Assembly: GCA_016193485.1 (NCBI GenBank)
Contig: JACPRZ010000061.1
Location: 6,855 to 70,854, forward strand
DNA: 64,000 nt
Direction: 5' to 3'
Origin: Bacteroidota bacterium
GTDB lineage: Bacteria; Bacteroidota; Bacteroidia; JACPRZ01
Below are positions 59,311 through 64,000 of the stretch, piece by piece; positions within the stretch are counted from its first letter, which is position 1; each line of letters begins with the position of its first letter. The notes beneath the pieces are model-generated. The model saw only the letters and a program-made list of their open reading frames with translations. It did no database searches and was not told the DNA's origin. The position numbers and the translations under genes were made by a program.

Positions 59311-61074
59311 TTAATTAACCGGTTTTTTCTGCACCGCCACCGGCTTCGCTTCCCCCCCCAGCACATTCACAAGTTCCTCTTTGGGTTGTTTATGCTGCAG
59401 ATCGGGTTTGCGTAAAATCTTCTTTTCTTCGGGCTGTCCGTAAAGCGAGGGCGTCTGATACTTTCCTTTTTCATGAGCGCGTTTTTCCGATTCGGGATTT
59501 TTTGCGTGAGGATACTTCCGGACATACAAATCATTCCTCTCTCCTATTACCATCCAGGATACTTCCATTTCCGGCTTTCCTCCTCCTATTGTAAAGGAAT
59601 TATTTTCTATTTTCCTTTTAATAAAAAGCGGGGCATAGTCACCCACAGGAGTTAACTGGTAAGAAAAGTTAATGTTAATTGACGAAAAATAGGCAGGCAG
59701 TTGAACGGTCGCTTCACCGTTCTGGTCGCACTGCACGGATCCCCTATAGACATTAAGAACTTCAGGCGATTCAAGGGTAAAATGTTTCAGGAATTTATTT
59801 TCAGGATCCAGCGGATGGTCAATCACAAATGATTTTGTGCCGGAAGCGCCCAGTTCTCCATCCGAATAAACGCCATATCCGATACCGCCATAACGATCCT
59901 GCCCGTAAACGCCAACGAATCCTATGCCCAGTACGCCAATGCCGTTGCCAAGCGGAGCAATTGCATCGGCATTGTCTCCATATACTGCATAGCCGGAACT
60001 GTACTGTGTTTCACCGACCACACCGTTATATCCTGTACCTCTTACTCCATGCCCGCCATTGGTTCGTGCATTTATGCCAAGAACTCCCTGTTGAGCAGTT
60101 GCCGTTGCAATTGCAACCTGACCGGCCACTCCCGATGCATTCCCGGTACTGCTGCCCACAACACCCGCTGCATTTGCAGTGCCGCTTACCGTTGTTGCCT
60201 GTACAGTGGAAAAAGTGTTTGCCGTGTTGGTTGATGAAGCATTCAATGCCACACCGGTGGTCGTATTCTGTGAACGGATGACGCTGACGGAACTACCGTT
60301 GGAAGTCGCAAAGAGCGCATCTGCAGTACTTGCCGGGTTACTCACAGAGAATGACGCAGCCCTCCCGGTAGCGCTTGTGTTCAATCCGAGAACAGCATCA
60401 CCGCTTCCATTGGTTATACCCTGCACTGCCGAAAATGTGCTTGCAGCGTTGGTAACTTCAAAATATCCAGCCGAACCGGTACCCGTCATGGTTGCGCTTA
60501 ATGCCTGTCCCGTTCCGTTTGATTCAGCGTAAACACCCGCTCCCGGGTTATCGGAGTTGGCGACAGTTCCGGCAATGCCAAAGCCAACAGAAGTTGCGGT
60601 ATTTATTTCCCCGGTAATGGCAACACTTGGCGTTGGAATTGAGCCGCCAACGGTTGTAACATGCAATCGTCCCTGGTTTGGGGTTACCGTACCGGTTCCT
60701 ATAATTTCAACCGGGTTGGCATCTGCATAAATGGTTCTTCCAAGGCCGGGACCTCCAAAATCATAGGCGTTATCCAGGGTTCCCCCCCCTGAACCTGCTC
60801 CTACCTGTACCCACTGGGTTCCGTCAAAATACCAGAACGAAAGAGTGGTTGTGTCATAAACAAGCAAGCCGTTTGAAGGAGAAGCGATGGCGGTTCTCTG
60901 CGCGGTGGTGAGACGCGGCACCAACAGGCCCTTATCCGTTGCGGTAAGGTCAAGAATGGCGGTGTTAGCCGGAGTTGTTGTGCCGATGCCCACATTGTTC
61001 TGGGAGGCTGCCTGATAGCAATAAATCACGGAGTATGCGCTTATTGCCGCGAATAAAAAAAATTGTTTTTTCAT
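59311..61074 (-). CDS. Bacteroidota fibre/adhesin-like protein (VGIGT head, Gly/Ala/Thr beta-helix, tailspike-chaperone-like C-terminus)
   Basis: NVGIGTTTP...KGLLVPRLT, GV.G.. repeats and TKSFVIDHPLDP...ESPE. Confidence 0.75.
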   Translation of the reverse strand: MKKQFFLFAAISAYSVIYCYQAASQNNVGIGTTTPANTAILDLTATDKGLLVPRLTTAQRTAIASPSNGLLVYDTTTLSFWYFDGTQWVQVGAGSGGGTLDNAYDFGGPGLGRTIYADANPVEIIGTGTVTPNQGRLHVTTVGGSIPTPSVAITGEINTATSVGFGIAGTVANSDNPGAGVYAESNGTGQALSATMTGTGSAGYFEVTNAASTFSAVQGITNGSGDAVLGLNTSATGRAASFSVSNPASTADALFATSNGSSVSVIRSQNTTTGVALNASSTNTANTFSTVQATTVSGTANAAGVVGSSTGNASGVAGQVAIATATAQQGVLGINARTNGGHGVRGTGYNGVVGETQYSSGYAVYGDNADAIAPLGNGIGVLGIGFVGVYGQDRYGGIGYGVYSDGELGASGTKSFVIDHPLDPENKFLKHFTLESPEVLNVYRGSVQCDQNGEATVQLPAYFSSININFSYQLTPVGDYAPLFIKRKIENNSFTIGGGKPEMEVSWMVIGERNDLYVRKYPHAKNPESEKRAHEKGKYQTPSLYGQPEEKKILRKPDLQHKQPKEELVNVLGGEAKPVAVQKKPVN

Positions 61075-61255
61075 CTTAAAATATCAATTATTATGAACGA
61101 CAAAATTAAGTTTACGTTTGTAAAGTAAAATGCTAATATACGAATCCCTATGGCTATCGGGACTAATCCCGCCATGGCGGGACGAATACTCAAGATTTTA
61201 ACCAACCTGAAAACTCCAAAAGTAAGAAATGACAAGGATTCTGATTAAGGCAGCG

Positions 61256-61705
61256 CTATGATGAATGATCTGCGATGATTACCCATTTCTCCCCGGATTT
61301 TTTCCACACTAATGAAAAATATCCTTTAAGAGTGTCGGTTTCCCGGTACAGATTCCATTTACCGATTGCCAAAGCGCTATTTTCTCCTGGAAATTCAACC
61401 GATGTGATTTCAAATGCCAGTTTCCCCATTGCGTTTTTGTCGGGATAGGATTTGCGGTAGTTATCCAGGATATTTTTCCATCCGCATGTCAACCCCTTTT
61501 TCCCGATAAATTTCAGTGAATCTGATTCCCAGTATCCCTGCATGAATCCTTCAAGGTCACCCCTGTTCCATGCATCCTGCTGGTTCTGAAGTATCAGTAA
61601 AATATCGCTTTTGTCATTTTTCACAGAATTCCCGGAGCGATGTACGCAGGAAGGGGAAAAAAATCCACACATGAGAAAATAAAGGAAAATCCGCATCAGT
61701 TTCAT
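61256..61705 (-). CDS. NTF2-like (DUF4440) protein, probable lipoprotein
   Basis: QQDAWNRGDLEGFMQGYW and WVIIADHSS. The start is one of several in-frame ATGs. Confidence 0.85.
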   Translation of the reverse strand: MKLMRIFLYFLMCGFFSPSCVHRSGNSVKNDKSDILLILQNQQDAWNRGDLEGFMQGYWESDSLKFIGKKGLTCGWKNILDNYRKSYPDKNAMGKLAFEITSVEFPGENSALAIGKWNLYRETDTLKGYFSLVWKKSGEKWVIIADHSS

Positions 61706-61780
61706 GCTGGCATGAATTTTGTTATCATTTGCGCGCAAAATTAAAATAATTCTTAAATTTGTCCCTTAATTTTTCAAATT

Positions 61781-62824
61781 ATGAAAACAACATTTATCAC
61801 TTTAGTGACGTCAATGTTTTTGTGTGCGGGTTATGCCCAAAACTCCAATATGGTATTTTTTACCGATGACGGCCAGCGCTTTGCACTCTTCCTGAACGGT
61901 GAACGCAAAAATCCCGTTCCGGAAACAAAAGTAAAAGCCGAAAACCTCAAACCCGTACCTTACAAGGTGAAGATTGCGTTTGAGGATCAGTCGCTGGGCG
62001 TTATTGACAGGGTGATTGAACCCAACCCGGGAATGGAATACACCTTCACGGTTACCCGCAAAAAAGAGAGCGCGCTTCTTAATAAAGCGAAACGGATCGG
62101 CAATGCCGTTGCAGATGACCTGAATATTAAAGATGCTGATTCATCCAAGTCCACCAGCCCTTACCGGTTGAAATTCATTTCAGAGGTTCAACTGCAGGCG
62201 CCTGTACAGGTGCAACCTGTCCAGAAAGAACCCGCAACCCAAAACTATACCCAGGCGCAGCCGGCAAAACCTGCATCCGCAACTCAAAAAACCCAGGCCG
62301 CGACTACTACCGAAAAAACCACGGTCGTAGTGCAGCAACAACCGCAGCCAAAGGCGAATGTCAATGTTTCGTTCAATGTGAATGCTCCACCGCCCGCAGT
62401 GGGAGTTAATATAAACGCTACTGAAGGCGTTTATCATGAGAGCCAGACCACCGTTACAACTACAACAACTACAACCGGTTCCGGCCAGGCGGTTTATGTG
62501 ATGCCCGGATACAGCGGTCCTACCGGCTGCCCGTGGCCGGTAAATGAGGCAAAGTTCAGGGATATGAAAAATTCGATTGCGTCAAAGTCATTTGAGGACA
62601 GCAAACTGCAGATTGCGAAGCAGATCACCCAGTCAAATTGTATCATCGCACAGCAGGTGAAAGAGATCATGATGCTCTTTTCGTTCGAAAATACGCGGCT
62701 TGATTTTGCCAAATTCGCTTACCCCTATACTTTTGACATCGGGAATTATTATAAGGTTAACGATGCCTTCCAGTTTGAATCAAGTATTGATGAACTGAAT
62801 GATTATATACAGTCGGGGAGGTAA
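61781..62824 (+). CDS. DUF4476 domain protein
   Basis: Signal peptide, Thr/Pro-rich linker and SFEDSKLQIAKQ...FSFENTRLDFAKFAY. Confidence 0.85.
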   Translation: MKTTFITLVTSMFLCAGYAQNSNMVFFTDDGQRFALFLNGERKNPVPETKVKAENLKPVPYKVKIAFEDQSLGVIDRVIEPNPGMEYTFTVTRKKESALLNKAKRIGNAVADDLNIKDADSSKSTSPYRLKFISEVQLQAPVQVQPVQKEPATQNYTQAQPAKPASATQKTQAATTTEKTTVVVQQQPQPKANVNVSFNVNAPPPAVGVNINATEGVYHESQTTVTTTTTTTGSGQAVYVMPGYSGPTGCPWPVNEAKFRDMKNSIASKSFEDSKLQIAKQITQSNCIIAQQVKEIMMLFSFENTRLDFAKFAYPYTFDIGNYYKVNDAFQFESSIDELNDYIQSGR

Positions 62825-63314
62825 TGTACTATAATATCATAACGTGGGCAAGCCACAACCAAACAAGAAAATAAATCCGAAATCCGAAACAAATCCGAAA
62901 TACAAATGTCCAAAATTCAAAAAGACAAACACCCAACGGATAGAAATAAATTTGTATTTGCATTTGTTTTTGAAATTTAGTTATTAGATATTGTTTCGGT
63001 TTTCCCTGCCTGACGGCAGTCAGGGGATTTAACTATTCGAATTTTAATCTTTGTTATCGCTAAAAGATATAAAGTTGGAATTCTGATTTTTCGTAGGGAG
63101 ATTAAAATATTTTACCAAAATGTGTCAAGATATTTTTGTTTAGGTACTAAAATCAATTTGCCACAAAAGCACCAAATCTCTAAATTACACTAAATCTTTT
63201 TATGGGATTTGGTGTTTTTGTGTTTTAGTGGCTGAATTTTCAGAGTAACAATTTCTTCTTGCCCTGTAATTCCAATCAGGAACTCAAGGTAATAATCATA
63301 ATTCAAAAACAAAC

Positions 63315-64000
63315 ATGGTCCTCACAAAAAAAATCCACAATTTTTCAGCCGGTCCCGCTATTCTTCCGCAGGAGGTTCTGAAGGAAGCGGCTGAAGGAAT
63401 TCTTGACTTTACAAAAGGGCTTTCCATTCTTGAAATATCTCACCGCAGTAAAGAATTTGAGGCGGTACTTGAAGAAGCCAAATCGCTGGTTAAAGAACTG
63501 CTTGGTGTACCCGATGGATATTCAATCCTTTTTTTGCATGGAGGCGCCCGGCTGCAGTTCGTGATGGCTCCCTTAAACCAACTTACCGTAAACGGTTATG
63601 CGGCTTATGTAAATACGGGTACATGGGCTACAGGCGCTATTAAGGAGGCGAAAATCATAGGGAAAGTGAATGTAATTGCATCCTCCGAAGATAAAAAGTT
63701 TACCTATATACCCAAAGGATTTACCATACCGGCAGATGCCGACTACCTGCATCTGACTTCCAACAACACGGTTTACGGTACGCAGTACCGGCAATTACTT
63801 GAAAGCCCGGTTCCGGTGATCTGCGATATGTCATCAGATATTATGAGCCGGAAAATTAATGTTTCAAAATTTGCACTCATCTATGCGGGTGCGCAGAAGA
63901 ATATGGGCCCTGCCGGCACAACGCTTGTCATTATTAAAAATGATTTTATTAAGGATCCCGGACGCACGGTTCCCACGATGATGAGTTACAAAATTCATGT
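63315..64000 (+). CDS. serC: Phosphoserine aminotransferase (runs off the window)
   Basis: Not in the ORF track. Translates as MVLTKKIHNFSAGPAILP...ISHRS...GGARLQF...SNNTVYG...DMSSD...YAGAQKNMGPAG. Confidence 0.95.
   Translation, partial: MVLTKKIHNFSAGPAILPQEVLKEAAEGILDFTKGLSILEISHRSKEFEAVLEEAKSLVKELLGVPDGYSILFLHGGARLQFVMAPLNQLTVNGYAAYVNTGTWATGAIKEAKIIGKVNVIASSEDKKFTYIPKGFTIPADADYLHLTSNNTVYGTQYRQLLESPVPVICDMSSDIMSRKINVSKFALIYAGAQKNMGPAGTTLVIIKNDFIKDPGRTVPTMMSYKIH

Noticed and set aside
63110-63150. TGTGTCAAGATATTT as another TPR 3' remnant
   Set aside because: The match is too short and AT-rich to support.
464-63794. Numerous short overlapping or antisense ORFs in the track
   Set aside because: They are shadows of well-supported genes and have no recognisable motifs.

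Overview
This is chromosomal DNA of a Bacteroidota bacterium, judged from T9SS C-terminal sorting domains, many TAnnTTTG -7 promoters close to start codons and the Bacteroidota-type rpsI-rpsB-tsf order. Housekeeping content: lnt, maeB, peroxiredoxin, rpsI-rpsB-tsf, sucD, ccmBCDEF, queE, rsgA, murQ, argS, a beta-oxidation operon and the start of serC. Secreted or envelope genes: two CotH paralogs, an M43 protease, a thioester alpha-2-macroglobulin-like protein, a propeller-caspase fusion, OmpA-PD40 and a fibre protein. Accessory loci: an AlbA_2/Schlafen-ParA pair, a type IIG-like RM gene, a TPR array and a TA mini-island. The most striking pattern is a nested hierarchy of very small repeats. 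Short-unit (about 7-11 bp) tandem arrays, often inverted, fill the intergenic regions. GC-rich palindromes of 14-21 bp are inserted into those arrays, into each other and in frame into argS, ccmB, ccmD and ccmF, always adding a multiple of 3 nt when inside genes. No transposase, integrase, RT, tRNA, rRNA or CRISPR array was seen. All product calls come from motif recognition, not database searches.
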